A stretch of DNA of 64,000 nucleotides from NCBI GenBank assembly GCA_002269645.1, contig NIVC01003724.1, forward strand, positions 16,533-80,532, in the 5' to 3' direction. Source of the stretch: Macrostomum lignano. Lineage: Eukaryota. Positions 50,826 through 63,449 of this stretch are shown here, one piece after another (position 1 is the stretch's first letter; every line of letters begins with the position of its first letter). Under the pieces are notes generated by a model. That model did no database searches and was not told the origin of the DNA. It saw only the letters and a list, made by a program, of their open reading frames with translations. The position numbers and the translations under genes are program-made.

Positions 50826-51289
50826 TATTAGACTCTACACACGAATTTGTTTCTAAGAAAGGTCACCTAAACTTATTTCTAGGAATCGCACTTACAAAAT
50901 TGTATATGACAATAAAATTTTCTGCTGGGACCTGTTTACTGCGTTATAAACATCTTTCGGCTTCTGTGCTAAGCAAGAATCTGGATGATGAATACCAATA
51001 GATTTACCTGTTAACTTGTTTTGTTATGAAGCAAATTTATTTATTTTTCTCGCCTACTGAGTTTTGTCTTGTACGGCTCGCCAAATAATGCTAGTAATAT
51101 ATGCTTATTCCTGTGCAAACTGAATCGTGCATACTTGCATACTCTGTGGCTACAGTAGCTGAACTAATAATTTTTACAAATAGATTTTGCTACACTTTAT
51201 TTGCTTGTACTTTTGCATTATGGCAGTGCGGCTAAACTTTAAATGGCAGGTGTGTACCGAATTCTGCGTCCCTTCTCGCTTCACCCTTC

Positions 51290-51700
51290 ATTCTCCCCCT
51301 CTACCCCTCACATCCCCCTCTACCCTTCTACCCCTCGCATCCCCATCTACCCTCACATCCCCCTCTACCCTCACATCCCCCTCTACCCTCGCATCCCCCT
51401 CTACCCCTCACCCTCTGTACCCCTCAGCCCCTCTACCCCTCATTCCACTCTACACCTCATCCCCTCTGCCCTCATTCCCCCTGCCCTTATTCCCCCTTCT
51501 ACCCTCATCCCCCTCTACCCCTCACCCCCTCTACCCTCACCCCCTCTACCCCTCACCCCAACTACCCCTCACCCTCTCTACCCCTCATCCCCCCTCTAAC
51601 CCCATCCCCCTCTACTCCTCACCCCCTCTACCCCTCACCCTCTGTACCCCTCAGCCCCTCTACCCCTCATTCCACTCTACACCTCACCCCTCTCTGCCCT
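51290..51700. repeat. C-rich degenerate repeat (CCCCTCTACCCCTCA)
   Basis: Directly visible. Confidence 0.85.
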
Positions 51701-52156
51701 TCATTAGATTGCAGGTACTAGTTTCTTAATTTTTTTCTAAACAAAAGTTTTCTGAATTACTGTATTCTGACCCTGTGTTTTTGAACTAACCGAATTGGTT
51801 TTTTTAACCTAATATTAAGTGAATAGTTTGATAAAACAGCCATTTTTACTCGTAATTCTCCACCTCACTCGAAATTCAGGTAAATCAGAGTTTAAGGCCC
51901 AAATCTTGTTAGATTGACATTCACTGTTAGATTTCAGTCACAGTTAACTGTGCACCCTGCCTTCTTTCCACTGTCCCCAACCTTGCTGCTTATTTTCAAA
52001 CTTTGTTTCTTTAAGTCATGAGCTTTCTTTAAGCTTTTTTCATATTGTCTGTCAGTTTCCTGTCTGCATGGTTATTTTATTATTTCTGTTTTGGCCATCT
52101 ACGCGCGTATGGTCAGGTGCTAGAATCGTGTCGCCTCACTACCCGACTAACCAGTT

Positions 52157-52961
52157 CCTTATCCAGCCTGAGCACCCCAAACTGACCAGTGAGTGCCCTT
52201 ATCCAGCCTGAGCACCCCAAACTGACCAGTGAGTGCCCTTATCCAGCCTGAGCACCCCAAACTGACCAGTGAGTGCCCTTATCCAGCCTGAGCACCCCAA
52301 ACTGACCAGTGAGTGCCCTTATCCAGCCTGAGCACCCCAAACTGACCAGTGAGTGCCCTTATCCAGCCTGAGCACCCCAAACTGACCAGTGAGTGCCCTT
52401 ATCCAGCCTGAGCACCCCAAACTGACCAGTGAGTGCCCTTATCCAGCCTGAGCACCCCAAACTGACCAGTGAGTGCCCTTATCCAGCCTGAGCACCCCAA
52501 ACTGACCAGTGAGTGCCCTTATCCAGCCTGAGCACCCCAAACTGACCAGTGAGTGCCCTTATCCAGCCTGAGCACCCCAAACTGACCAGTGAGTGCCCTT
52601 ATCCAGCCTGAGCACCCCAAACTGACCAGTGAGTGCCCTTATCCAGCCTGAGCACCCCAAACTGACCAGTGAGTGCCCTTATCCAGCCTGAGCACCCCAA
52701 ACTGACCAGTGAGTGCCCTTATCCAGCCTGAGCACCCCAAACTGACCAGTGAGTGCCCTTATCCAGCCTGAGCACCCCAAACTGACCAGTGAGTGCCCTT
52801 ATCCAGCCTGAGCACCCCAAACTGACCAGTGAGTGCCCTTATCCAGCCTGAGCACCCCAAACTGACCAGTGAGTGCCCTTATCCAGCCTGAGCACCCCAA
52901 ACTGACCAGTGAGTGCCCTTATCCAGCCTGAGCACCCCAAACTGACCAGTGAGTGCCCTTA
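52157..52961. repeat. Perfect 40-bp tandem array x20 (CCTTATCCAGCCTGAGCACCCCAAACTGACCAGTGAGTGC)
   Basis: Units identical by eye; no spacers. Confidence 0.98.
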
Positions 52962-54013
52962 GATTCCAAATCGCCAATTAGATCTCTTCGAATTCTTAAA
53001 CGACTTCAATTTCAGCATGCACGAATTAACATCGCGTTTGTAACTACACGGTGCATAAGAGTAGATATTGCGTTTCGAATTTTTATTATTGCCTACTTAA
53101 CTGTATGATAATATGCTCTCTTGGTTTAACTTTAAATTTTGACTGATTTACGTCACCAAAAATGTTTCGACCCTAAGATGGAAGCAGAAATTGATTGTCT
53201 CTCTCACCTGGCGTTTTGCTTTCAGCCCACCTGGTTGATTTCCCTGCCTATTTTTTGATCCCCAACCTTAATTGCTGTTGGTTTGCTCGGTAAATTTATT
53301 ATCCCAGTTGTTAATTAATTAGAGATTTGAAAACTACCTTTAACCTGATAAGTAGTGCAGTAGTAATATGTTGCGAATATTATTATCTTTTTTCATTCTA
53401 CTTGTAAATCTGTATCGTTTAAAATTCGACTTGCTGATTTCCCGTAGCCAATGAGAACAAGCCAATCAGTAATCAATGATGCAGCGCTGCTGCTGCGTCT
53501 GCCCCTCCCCGGTAAACTTCACCCAGTATTATAACTATTCACATTAATAACCATTACCATGTAATTATGATTTGGATGTTTATCTGAATTAAACTGCCCA
53601 CTAATTATTAAATAAACGAAACCAACTTGCCTCCTTTTTAACCAGCAAGCACACACGAACTCAATAATTGAAGCGGTGACGTCATTTTTATTCCTATTTG
53701 GCTTACTGATTTTTTTAATTACGTCAAGCCTGAGCATTGTAGTATATTTAGAGGACAGAGAAATGAGAGAACAGGTTAAAAGCAATTAGTGGTAAGCAGA
53801 GCTTTCTTATACAGAATGTAGTCTGTAGTCAGTCATTAATTACATTATTAACATGATTTGTACAGGATTTTTGCACGCCAAAAGTACAGTTAAAAATGCA
53901 CTTTTTTAACAAAAAGAAACCGGTGAGCATTTTTGAGCGATTGTAGGAGTCGGTCGGGTTTCTTAATGAAAAAGCAGTTCTTGTTTTGAAAATTTTGTCC
54001 CGTATTGGTACAT

Positions 54014-56893
54014 TTACACCACAATTTCGTATGTGAATTTGCCGCGAGTCGTGTCGTTGTGGCCTCCAGCTTCTGATGAGGCTGCGGCGGAGGTTGTTGC
54101 CTGGTTGCCGGGTTTTGCCTGTTGTTGCTGCTGCTGCTGCTTCTTCTGCCTCAGTTCAACAAGCGTCGAGGCGGATGAAACTGCTGAGGTGGCGGCGGCA
54201 GTGCCGTTGTTGCCAACCGTGGCTGTCCGGGTCAGCGGCGGACCAAATGTGGACTTGACCGGCTGACGGCCGCCTGCGTTTAGGTGGGAGTTGGGGCAAC
54301 TCGTGATTGCATTGCAGTAGGCGATTCTGTGGGAACCTGGGTACGGGGGTTTCAATTTGGATCGGGATTCTCTATCGGGACTTTTTGAATCGGGATTCTC
54401 TATCGGGACTTTGTGAATCGGGATTCTCTATCGGGACTTTGTGAATCGGGATTCTCTATCGGGACTTTCCGAATCTGGATCGGCTTTACATAGAGGATTT
54501 CTTATTTCGCAGGTGTTCAGATTTCTACATCCACCATTTAGAAGATCAAACTGTTTCCTAAGCTGAGCAAACCAACCAACCTGCAGACGCGGCTGGCAGC
54601 AGGGCTCCCATCTCGGCCAGCCGGGGTGAGAAGGCCCCGCCGCTGACTGTGGTGGCGAATGTCGTGTCGGCGACTCCGTCAGCGTCAGCGCCGTCCTCAG
54701 CGTCGGCGCAGGGACTGTCGGAACTGTTGGAAATGATGCGGAGTGCTCTAAGATTTTTCTGATTGATAATTAGATAGTATGATGAGGACCTGCGCAGGCT
54801 GTGCAAATTATGTAAACAATATCATTTTCGAGTCTTCACGAACGCGACTTACGGAATCTACCATATCTACACCTTAACGATTTTCATGAACTGCCAATCT
54901 GCCCCTTACATGATCTCCATGAACTGCCAATCTGCCCCTTACACGATTTTCATGAACTGCCAATCTGCCCGTTACACAATTTTCATGAACTGCCAATCTG
55001 CCCCTTACATGATCTTCATGAACTGCCAATCTGCCCCTTACATGATCTCCATGAACTGCCAATCTGCCCCTTACATGATCTCCATGAACTGCCAATCTGC
55101 CCCTTACATGATCTTCATGAACTGCCAATTTGCCCCTTACATGATCTTCATGAACTGCCAATTTGCCCCTTACATGATCTTCATGAACTGCCAATTTGCC
55201 CCTTACATGATCTTCATGAACTGCCAACCTACCCCATACCCTACCTTCATGAACTTTAAATAGCTATAAATCAGTAGAGCAGAAGTATAGAACAATAGCA
55301 ATCAGATAAAAATGACTCAGACGCAGGTCATACCGTAAGCTCTCAGTTAATTAATGCCGCTAATTAAAAGCCACGCAGCTCACCTGCTTCCAGGCAGACC
55401 CGTCACCAGCGAGGAGTGGCCCGACTGCCTCCGTCTGTGCCGACCATGGCTACGACTATTATTATTATTAGTCGCCTTGGCAACCACTAGCAAGCGCCGC
55501 CGACGATGGCAGACGCAGATTAGCGCAATCAGCAGGGTGCCAATTATGGCGCCACAAACTGCAGCCACAATGGCTATGGTGCTTACGGTCACGTCTGGCA
55601 GCCTGCCAACTGCGGAATTGGGTTGGGGCGGGAGATAAGAACTCTGCAGAGTGAAATAATTGCACCTAAAATTTGCTTCTCAGTCTGTCAGATGCAGAAG
55701 CATGTGGTTCAGTGTCGGTACAATGTGCACTTCAATACTTCTCTTTAGACTGGCTGGAGTCTAACATTTGCAAGCATCTAGTCTAGATCTCTAACATTGG
55801 AATCTAGATCTCTAACATTGGAATCTAGATCTCTAACATTGGAATCTAGATCTCTAACATTGGAATCTAGATCTCTAACTCTGGAATCTACATCTCTAAC
55901 ATTGGAATCTATATCTCTAACATTGGTATCAACATATCTAACATTGGAATCAACATATCTAACATTGGAATCAACATATCTAACATTGGAATCAACATCT
56001 CTAACATCAGAATCTAGATCTCTAACTAACATTGGAATCTACATCTCTAACATTGAAATCTAGATCTCTACATTGAAATCTAGATCTCTAACATTGAAAT
56101 CTAGATCTCTAACATTGAAATCTAGATCTCTACATTGAAATCTAGATCTCTAACATTGAAATCTAGATCTCTAACATTGGAATCTAGATCTCTAACATTG
56201 AAATCTAGATCTCTAACATTGGAATCTAGATCTCTAACATTGAAATCTAGATCTCTAACATTGGAATCTAGATCTCTAACATTGAAATCTAGATCTCTAA
56301 CATTGAAATCTAGATCTCTAACATTGGAATCTACATCTCTAACATTGAAATCTAGATCTCTAACATTGAAATCTACATCTCTAACATTGGAATCTAGATC
56401 TCTAACATTGAAATCTAGATCTCTAACATTGGAATCTAGATAGATCTAGAACATTGGCGCCGAGATTATATCCATTGCATCTCTAGTCTAGTCTAGATCT
56501 CTAAGTCTCTAGTCTAACATTGATCGGCCTATCTAGATCTCCGGCGTTGGCATCTCATGTAGATCTCTGCCTGAACTCTGCCTGAAACGACACCCACTCG
56601 TTCAGGTCCAGGGCTAGATTTTCATGTATAGCCATACATGCCCATGGGCCATGAGTCCATGGCTCTGACTATACATTGTTAAATACATGTACGAGTATAC
56701 GGGATCAGATCAGACAAAGCAAGCAGCTTCGCCACTTACAAACGCTGTCTACAAATTTGCCGCGCTGAATATTTTCTTGATTGCCGTTGCCGCCTCCCAC
56801 TTGTCGCCAGTCAGTTGTCGTAGCGATGATCGGCTGCAAAGTTGTATCAGCGCTGCTTCGGTTTGCATTTTCAATTGATGAGGCTGTGTCCAT
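54014..56893 (-). CDS. Single-pass membrane protein with low-complexity tail ending ...YEIVV
   Basis: Phase-consistent exons 55643-55384 (TM TIAIVAAVCGAIIGTLLIALICVC followed by HRRRR), 54747-54581, 54336-54014. A probable first exon starts at 56893 (MDTASSIENANRSS, donor GTAAGT), but its phase link to 55643 is unresolved. Confidence 0.7.
54361..54475. repeat. 28-bp repeat ATCGGGATTCTCTATCGGGACTTTGTGA x4
   Basis: Directly visible, intronic. Confidence 0.9.
54875..55255. repeat. 33-bp minisatellite TTCATGAACTGCCAATCTGCCCCTTACATGATC
   Basis: Directly visible, intronic. Confidence 0.95.
55775..56455. repeat. 21-bp minisatellite AACATTGGAATCTAGATCTCT
   Basis: Directly visible, intronic. Confidence 0.95.
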
Positions 56894-58191
56894 AGCTAAC
56901 TAGTTAATTAAGTTAATAGCAGCAGTTGGCGGTAGATTTATTAAAAATATTCCTAATGAAGTAAGTTTATTCCTTGGCCGTTGTTTAAATAGTATGAATT
57001 GGATTTAATTAGAGACAAGGCCAAGTAGAGCTTAAATTCTTTACTTCGAAACAAAGTCAAGCTAACGAAAGGAGGACGGAAATGCCCACTCATGTATAGC
57101 CAGTCGTCGGTATAGTTGCTTTTGTGGGGGTTGGAAGGGCTTTCTTATATATTCTTTCTGCTTTAGAAGAAGGCCTCCAATTCAAATAACATCGCAGGGG
57201 GGCTTGAACAGAGGTGACTGGAATGACTCACTATCTATATTATTGCAAAACCAATTGGGGAAATTAAGGCGAGTCTACGGGCCGGGGGGCGGCTATTTTA
57301 CAGCGCGTGAGGAGAGAGCGAGACGAGGGGCTCCAACGATTCAAGGAGGGGGCTCCCCTCTGGACTAGACATTTCAATATGTACATTGCGCAATGTACAT
57401 TTGTTTTACGATCCAGAACCCCTCTGCCCCCCTCGGCCTCCACATGCGCACGAGTGTTTAGCTGGGGAAAGGGGGTTGGCAAGGCTGGCTTGTCGGCCTT
57501 ACGGGCTTTTTGCGCTTAAGTTTTCTAATATGGAGGGTTGCGGCGGGAGTGAGAATTGCACAATTACGAGCTATATATTATCTATCGGAAAAGGACGGAA
57601 CTGCGAAGCGGTGACCCGGGCTTAAGGGCGATAGTTAAATTCGAAGGCATAGGAAGGCTTTTTTTTCAAGTTTAGGACAGTTATATTTATAAGAATCTAC
57701 GACATGTAGAATTTAGAATTTTAGTATCAAAGTATCAATTGCACAAAGTACATTACGAGCACTATAAGCAGAAAGAATGTATCTAATTCCGGTGTTGCAA
57801 AAAGTAATCTGTGAAAAGGCAAAAATTGTGTTTTTGTCGAGGCTTAGATTATTAGAAATTCGGCGCCAAAAAGGCCCTAAAATTAAATTTTCATTATTTA
57901 GATGGGAATTTTTGAACGTGTATTAAAAATTATAAACATAACTCGCTCTACGCTACCAGTTTCAGTAGCAATGAGCTATTAGTTGGTCAGTCAGTCGGTC
58001 GACAGTAGTTAAGTTTTCTGAAACAAAGCTGTGATGTCTATGGCAATAGCTAATTTTATTGAAACGCGGAATTGGCAATGCTGTGCGCGAAAGGATTTTT
58101 GAGAATATTTTACTCTGTTTAGTTATCAATTTCTGTTCCCTTTCAGCAAAGCACGTAGTTGGCTAGCCTGCCTATTCAGCAACACGCTGCC

Positions 58192-59148
58192 ATGTCGGAA
58201 AACACTCTCAAAGTTGGCGCCGACGAGAAGCCCGTTGACCAGCAGGCTGAAACTGAGAATCAAGACGAAGAATCCAACAAGAAGACTGAGGATCAAAACA
58301 AAGATAACAAAGAAGCCGAGTCTAAGGATCAAGACAAAGACGACAAAGAAGCCAACGAGACCGAGGATCAAGACAAAGACGACAAAGAAGCCAACGAGAC
58401 CGAGGATCAAGACAAAGACGACAAAGAAGCCAACGAGACTGAGGATCAAAACAAAGACGACAAAGAAGCCAACGAGACTGAGGATCAAGACAAAGACGAC
58501 AAAGAAACCAACAAGACTGAGGATCAAGACAAAGACGACAAAGGAGCCGAGATTGAGGATCAAGACGAGGAAGACAAAGAATCCGAGATTGAGGATCAAG
58601 ACGAGGAAGACAAAGAATCCGAGACTGAGGATCAAGACAAAGAAGTCAACAAGAAGACTGAAGAGCTAGAGCAAGCAGCCAAGAAGACTGAGGATAAGGA
58701 CCAGGCTGAAACTGGGAATACCAGAACTGTCATTCAGCCCGCTGACGATGATGAAGATTATGATGAAGACGAGGACGATGAAATTGTAGATAGTAATGAA
58801 GATGATACTCCTCCAACTCCTCCTCATAAAAAGTACGAGTACATCCAACATACTAAAAATGATGATGGAACTGACCTGAAGTTGGAATCAAACGAAACGA
58901 GAATACTGCGCACAGAGGAAGTAAAACAGAGTAAAAAAGAAGAGAAGAAACGAAAAAAGGAGGCCGAAAAGCAAGCTAAGTTAGAAAAGAAGCTAGCCAA
59001 GAAGAATGAGAAGTTAAAGAAAAAGCAAGAGAAGATGGCTAAAAAGGAAGCGAAAAAGCTCGCGAAGAAGCAGGCGAAAGAGGAAAAAAAACGACGCGAA
59101 GACGAAATAAAGCGGGTGAAAGAGGAAAGGAAACAACGCGAAAAATAA
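58192..59148 (+). CDS. Intronless bipolar protein: D/E-rich 13-aa repeats plus Lys-rich coiled-coil C-terminus
   Basis: ATG at 58192; 39-bp coding repeat (DQDKDDKEANETE), a poly-D/E tract, then KKEAEKQAKLEKKLAKK...; the frame stays open through non-repetitive sequence. Confidence 0.75.
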   Translation: MSENTLKVGADEKPVDQQAETENQDEESNKKTEDQNKDNKEAESKDQDKDDKEANETEDQDKDDKEANETEDQDKDDKEANETEDQNKDDKEANETEDQDKDDKETNKTEDQDKDDKGAEIEDQDEEDKESEIEDQDEEDKESETEDQDKEVNKKTEELEQAAKKTEDKDQAETGNTRTVIQPADDDEDYDEDEDDEIVDSNEDDTPPTPPHKKYEYIQHTKNDDGTDLKLESNETRILRTEEVKQSKKEEKKRKKEAEKQAKLEKKLAKKNEKLKKKQEKMAKKEAKKLAKKQAKEEKKRREDEIKRVKEERKQREK

Positions 59149-59484
59149 CAAAAGCAGGCAAAAGCTAAGTAGAATAAAAACAACCGATAAGCTGGAATCC
59201 CATCGACACCGCACCAATAACTTTCTCAGTCATAAGGTTGCTTTGTCTTTTTGTTGTCGACTCATTGAGCATATGAAATTGATTTGAACAAATAAAAACG
59301 ATTTGCGATAATTTCGTTTATTTTGAGTTAATTTAAATTGTAATTTTTTTCTTTATCAGATTACTGAAGGTTGAAACTATCTAACTACTCGGTTTAAAAA
59401 AATAACATCGTAGCTTGAGCATCAGTGCATGACATACCCCGTACCGTAGCATCCAAAGAAGTTTGATAGCTAGTATCCGTATTA

Positions 59485-60480
59485 ACAGCAACAACAACAA
59501 CAACAACAACAACAACAAAAACAACAACAACAACAAATTACGCAGCCCCGCAAGCAAAGTCGCAGAGCAGGGTGCGTCAGATGGCGCGCCGCAGAGCCTG
59601 AGAGCGGACGAAGTCCGCCCCGTTGGCAGTGTCGGGCGCCCCGGCGTCGCGTAGGAGGCAGTCCACGTATCGACGGGTTTGGGCCTGACCCCGCCTGAGC
59701 GGGCCCTGCAGGGTGAGCAGCAGGACGTCCTGAACAGGTTGGGGGCAGTAGCTCTGCCCGGATCATGCGGTGGCCCACCAGTTGACGTTGGCACCGGCGC
59801 AGGATGATGGACGGGCGCTGCAGCTTGGCCCGATCGTACAGGGCCTCTGTCCCGACGCTCTTGTCAGCTCGAAAGGCCGCACGGAGCAGTCCTGAGTGCG
59901 CCGAGTCCAGCTGCCGCTCCAGTGTAGCCGTCAGCGTCCACGTCTTAGCGTTGTAGAGCAGGACGGTTTCGACCACCGCCACCACAGCCGAGCCCTCTGG
60001 CGGTCGAGCAGCGTTTCGGACTGGACGACGGCCCGGAAGAAGGCCGCCCAGGCAAGTCCTCGGCGCCGCCGAAGGTTTTCCTCCACGTGAGGCACCAGAC
60101 CGCCGAGGTAGATGAACCGCTGGCAGCGTGCTAGCTTGGTTGTCTGCCCGTCTGCGCCGCGGCACGTCAGGTCCGCTGGGATGTCGACCGGCACTGTCAG
60201 CACCTCAGTCTTCAGAGTGTTGACAACCAGACCAACGCTCGATGCCACCTCGACCAGCTAGGCGCCTTCAACAAGGACAGGAGGGCGAGGTCGTCGGCGT
60301 AGCCAAACACGCTCAGGCGCTTTTCGCCGTGGCGGCGACCGATGCGTCTGCGCAGCAGGAAGCCATCGCCAGCCGAGGGGAGTGCGGTCTGAAGCACCCA
60401 GTCCAGCAGCAGCACGAAGAGCAACGGCGCCAGCGTGTCGCCCTGCAGAACTCCTGATGAAGTGTCGAACAGGTCAGACA
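59485..60480 (-). mobile_element. 5'-truncated RTE-type non-LTR retrotransposon with (TGT)n tail
   Basis: GVLQGDTLAPLLFVLLLDWVL, GYADDLALL, GLVVNTLKTEVL, FIYLGG, AVVETVLLYNAKTWTLT; frameshifted; tail at 59487-59535; CpG-rich. Confidence 0.92.
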
Positions 60481-60496
60481 GGCGTCACCACAGCAA

Positions 60497-60670
60497 TCCC
60501 AGAGCTACATGTATCCAGAGTTCATCCAGACAACTGGACCTTTCTTTCTCCGGCAGGTCCGGTTCCAACTAGATTCCAATCCCAGAGCTATCCAGAGTTC
60601 ATCCAGACAACTGGACCTTTCTTTCTCCGGCAGGTCCGGTTCCAACTAGATTCCAATCCCAGAGCTATCC
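60497..60670. repeat. ~77-bp direct duplication
   Basis: ATCCAGAGTTCATCCAGACAACTGG...AATCCCAGAGCT occurs twice. Confidence 0.85.
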
Positions 60671-61638
60671 AGTCTTCTCGAATGAATGCGAATCTTTCAA
60701 CTTTACATGGCAACTGTCAGATTGCACAGGCTATAACCATTGTTGGTTGGCTGTTGACTTTGAAACAGGTGAAATCCGCACTTTTGTCTTTCTTTCGAAA
60801 TAGAAAATAGTAGAAAAAGTTGCAATTGAAAGCAGAATATTTACACAGGACACCATTCACTGTTGGACAATCACATGGCTGAATTTTGAGACAGTCAGGT
60901 TTGTGCGAGGTTTCAGTGTAAAAAAAGTTACAAGCCAGCACAAATGACTTTTGGGAAGAACCTCGTAATTACCAGGATAGATACAATTATAATGAACATC
61001 CTTGAGGAACTTCACTGACCAACCCGAACTCCGAACAAAATTACCAACCGTAACGTCAGGACGGTGCAAGGCACCGACGATACGTAGGAACTATCAGGGA
61101 ACGAAAGACGGTCCGCTTTTCCCTTTGTAGGACCAGAGAGAATAATGGTAAAAAACGAAAAAATTCAAGGAAAATATCAATAGCTACTTGGAAGAGGAAG
61201 TCAAAGAGAAAAATTCTGTTGCTAAAAAGTATCAGTAAGTAGTATATGCAGCAAGCGCGTCTCGATTTGTTCAAGAGTGAAGTTGTTGAAGAAGGTTCAG
61301 TTGAAAGCTACTGGAACAAAAAGGCACCTTAAATTAAAATACGAATTACTAGCTAATTACTGAATTCTCCATTCTCCCAACTTACGATTCAGGATTCAGA
61401 TCCAATACGACTCGTATACTAAAAATTAAAGACTATAGATTCAATTTTCTAAACAAAAATAAGCTTCATCATAGTCTATTTCGTGGACATAGACTATAAA
61501 TTTAATTTCACTCCTCCCAGTTCGGAACAGGTCTTTCAAAAGAGCTTGAATAGCCAATTTAAAGTCCTAGCGCGCTTAACTCGCTTAAGAGCAAATAAAT
61601 CAAGCAAATTTAAACAGCTGAAGCCTTTAATTGCCAGC

Positions 61639-62055
61639 ATGCGGTCGCGTTCACAGTCACCTGCCGCCTCATCGAGCCAGTCGGAGAAGATGACAACGGA
61701 TGCTCCAGCTCAGCTCCAGCGGGCCCGTCCAGCCAAGAGGAAACGCTCCGCTTCCAGGAGCACCGGCAAGAAACGCTCTGCTTCCAGGACCACCGGCAGG
61801 AAACGCTCCGCCTCCAGGAGCACCGGCAGGAAACGCTCTGCTTCTAGGGGCACCGGCAGGAAACGCTCTGCTTCCAGGAGCACCGGCGGCAGGAAACGCT
61901 CTGCTTCCAGGGGAACCGGCAGGAAACGCTCCGCTTCTAGGAGCACCGGCAGGAAACGCTCTGCTTCCAAGGCCACTGGCAGGAAGCGCAGCCGAACAGC
62001 CAAGAAGTCATCAGCCAAACGCATGAAGATGGCCGAGAAGAAGCCGACGAAGTGA
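61639..62055 (+). CDS. Protamine-like / sperm nuclear basic protein-like, 138 aa, (RSASRSTGRK)x~8
   Basis: ATG at 61639; 30-bp coding repeat varying at synonymous and conservative sites; R/K/S/A/G/T composition; no H1 winged helix or signal peptide seen. Function is inferred from composition. Confidence 0.72.
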   Translation: MRSRSQSPAASSSQSEKMTTDAPAQLQRARPAKRKRSASRSTGKKRSASRTTGRKRSASRSTGRKRSASRGTGRKRSASRSTGGRKRSASRGTGRKRSASRSTGRKRSASKATGRKRSRTAKKSSAKRMKMAEKKPTK

Positions 62056-62814
62056 AATTGGCGAGAGTTAGGCCTCGCTGATTGGCAGTCCACTACCTAA
62101 ACGATACAAGGACTCGGCTCCCATTATTTGCTATTTTTAGTTCAATCATTACCTCAGGAACATTAAAAAATCCACAGTGATTCAATGATACCGGGTATAC
62201 TGTGCTTCTTAAACATTTTAGGGATTAAATTGGCCAGACTCTAGGCGAAATAAATAATTTTCCACTTTCTGTTCATGTAGGCAGCAGCTAACAGTCTCGA
62301 ATAAACAGAGAAAGACCAGATATGATTTTAAAAGCTAATGCTCTTAGACGCTTTTTCTTTTTCTTTACTCAAAAAAAGTGATAAAAAACAGCTGCTTATG
62401 AGCTAATGTATGAAAGTATGCAGACCCGAAAGAGGCAATTATGAATTATAACTGAGCTTGAAGTTTCTTCGAGACGAACGTAAAAAGCCCGTGAATAAGC
62501 CTCGGAAAAAGTGCACCATATACAGTATACTCGTATTGTATACGAGTACTTTGCTTCAGATGAAATTACAGTTACTTGTAGTTAAAAACCCTTTTACAGG
62601 AGCGTCGCCTTGGATTATGGTAGGGGGGGGGGCGGACACAGCCAAGAATTCTACATGTACGAGTACATGACTTAATCCCTACATGTATTTTGAGAATAGA
62701 TGTTGTTAGCACTTAGTTTGTCGCCCTAAAGCAACGCTATTGATTTCAACAATTGGTTACAAGGTATAGGGTGAGGGGACAAAGCATTGGGATCCCAATA
62801 CACTGCCTATTGAT

Positions 62815-63129
62815 GGGGGTTTCATAAACTCGAAGTTTCACAACGTCAAAAGCAACTTCCTTCAAAAGGTCAAAAACTCAATTTGCAGCCGCTATCACAA
62901 GATCGAATTCAAGAGGTCGAAGTTTCACAACATCGAAAACTTTAGCAAAGGGCTTCATAAGGCTGAAATTGCACGTGGAAAACTATTTTTTCCGCATTGT
63001 GAATCTTAAGTGGCTGCTATTCAAGTTTTTGGCGTCAAATTTCGACCTTATGAAGTCTCTTGCTAGAGTTTTCGACGTTGTGAAATAACTTGCTTTTCGA
63101 CATGAAATTTCGACCTTGTGAAGGCACCC
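62815..63129. mobile_element. MITE with GGG-starting imperfect TIRs and CTATTGAT TSD
   Basis: CTATTGAT on both flanks; internal TCGAARTTTCA inverted subrepeats. Confidence 0.7.
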
Positions 63130-63449
63130 CTATTGATCACATATTGACAACATTGATGTCCTATATATTGATTATCGATAGCTAATCTACAGATCTCGAA
63201 TATTGGGAAATTCTGAAAAGAACCATTTTTACGGTCTAAATACTAAAATCAATTGGGCGAGAAAAAAAAGAATTATTATCAAGATCATATTTTTCAGGGG
63301 AAGTCCTCATATGTATATAGCTAGTGCTTGCTTTAGCATGCTACTCGACAGCTAGAGGTTCGCACAAGGTGTTGCTAGTGCTATATATCGTCCTGAATTT
63401 GGCCTAAATCGCCATGAATTTAATTTAATATTTAACACAATAAACTATG

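Noticed and set aside
52157-52961. CRISPR-like appearance of the 40-bp, 28-bp and 33-bp arrays
   Set aside because: Contiguous repeats with no unique spacers, no cas genes, and a eukaryotic context.
61720-62000. GRKRS similarity to the GRKHS repeats of the Macrostomum adhesive protein ap1
   Set aside because: That protein is very large and secreted; this ORF is 138 aa with no signal peptide, so the similarity is probably compositional.
62058-62076. Hairpin GCGAG...CTCGC after the protamine-like stop as a histone stem-loop
   Set aside because: It does not fit the 6-bp stem/4-nt loop histone consensus.
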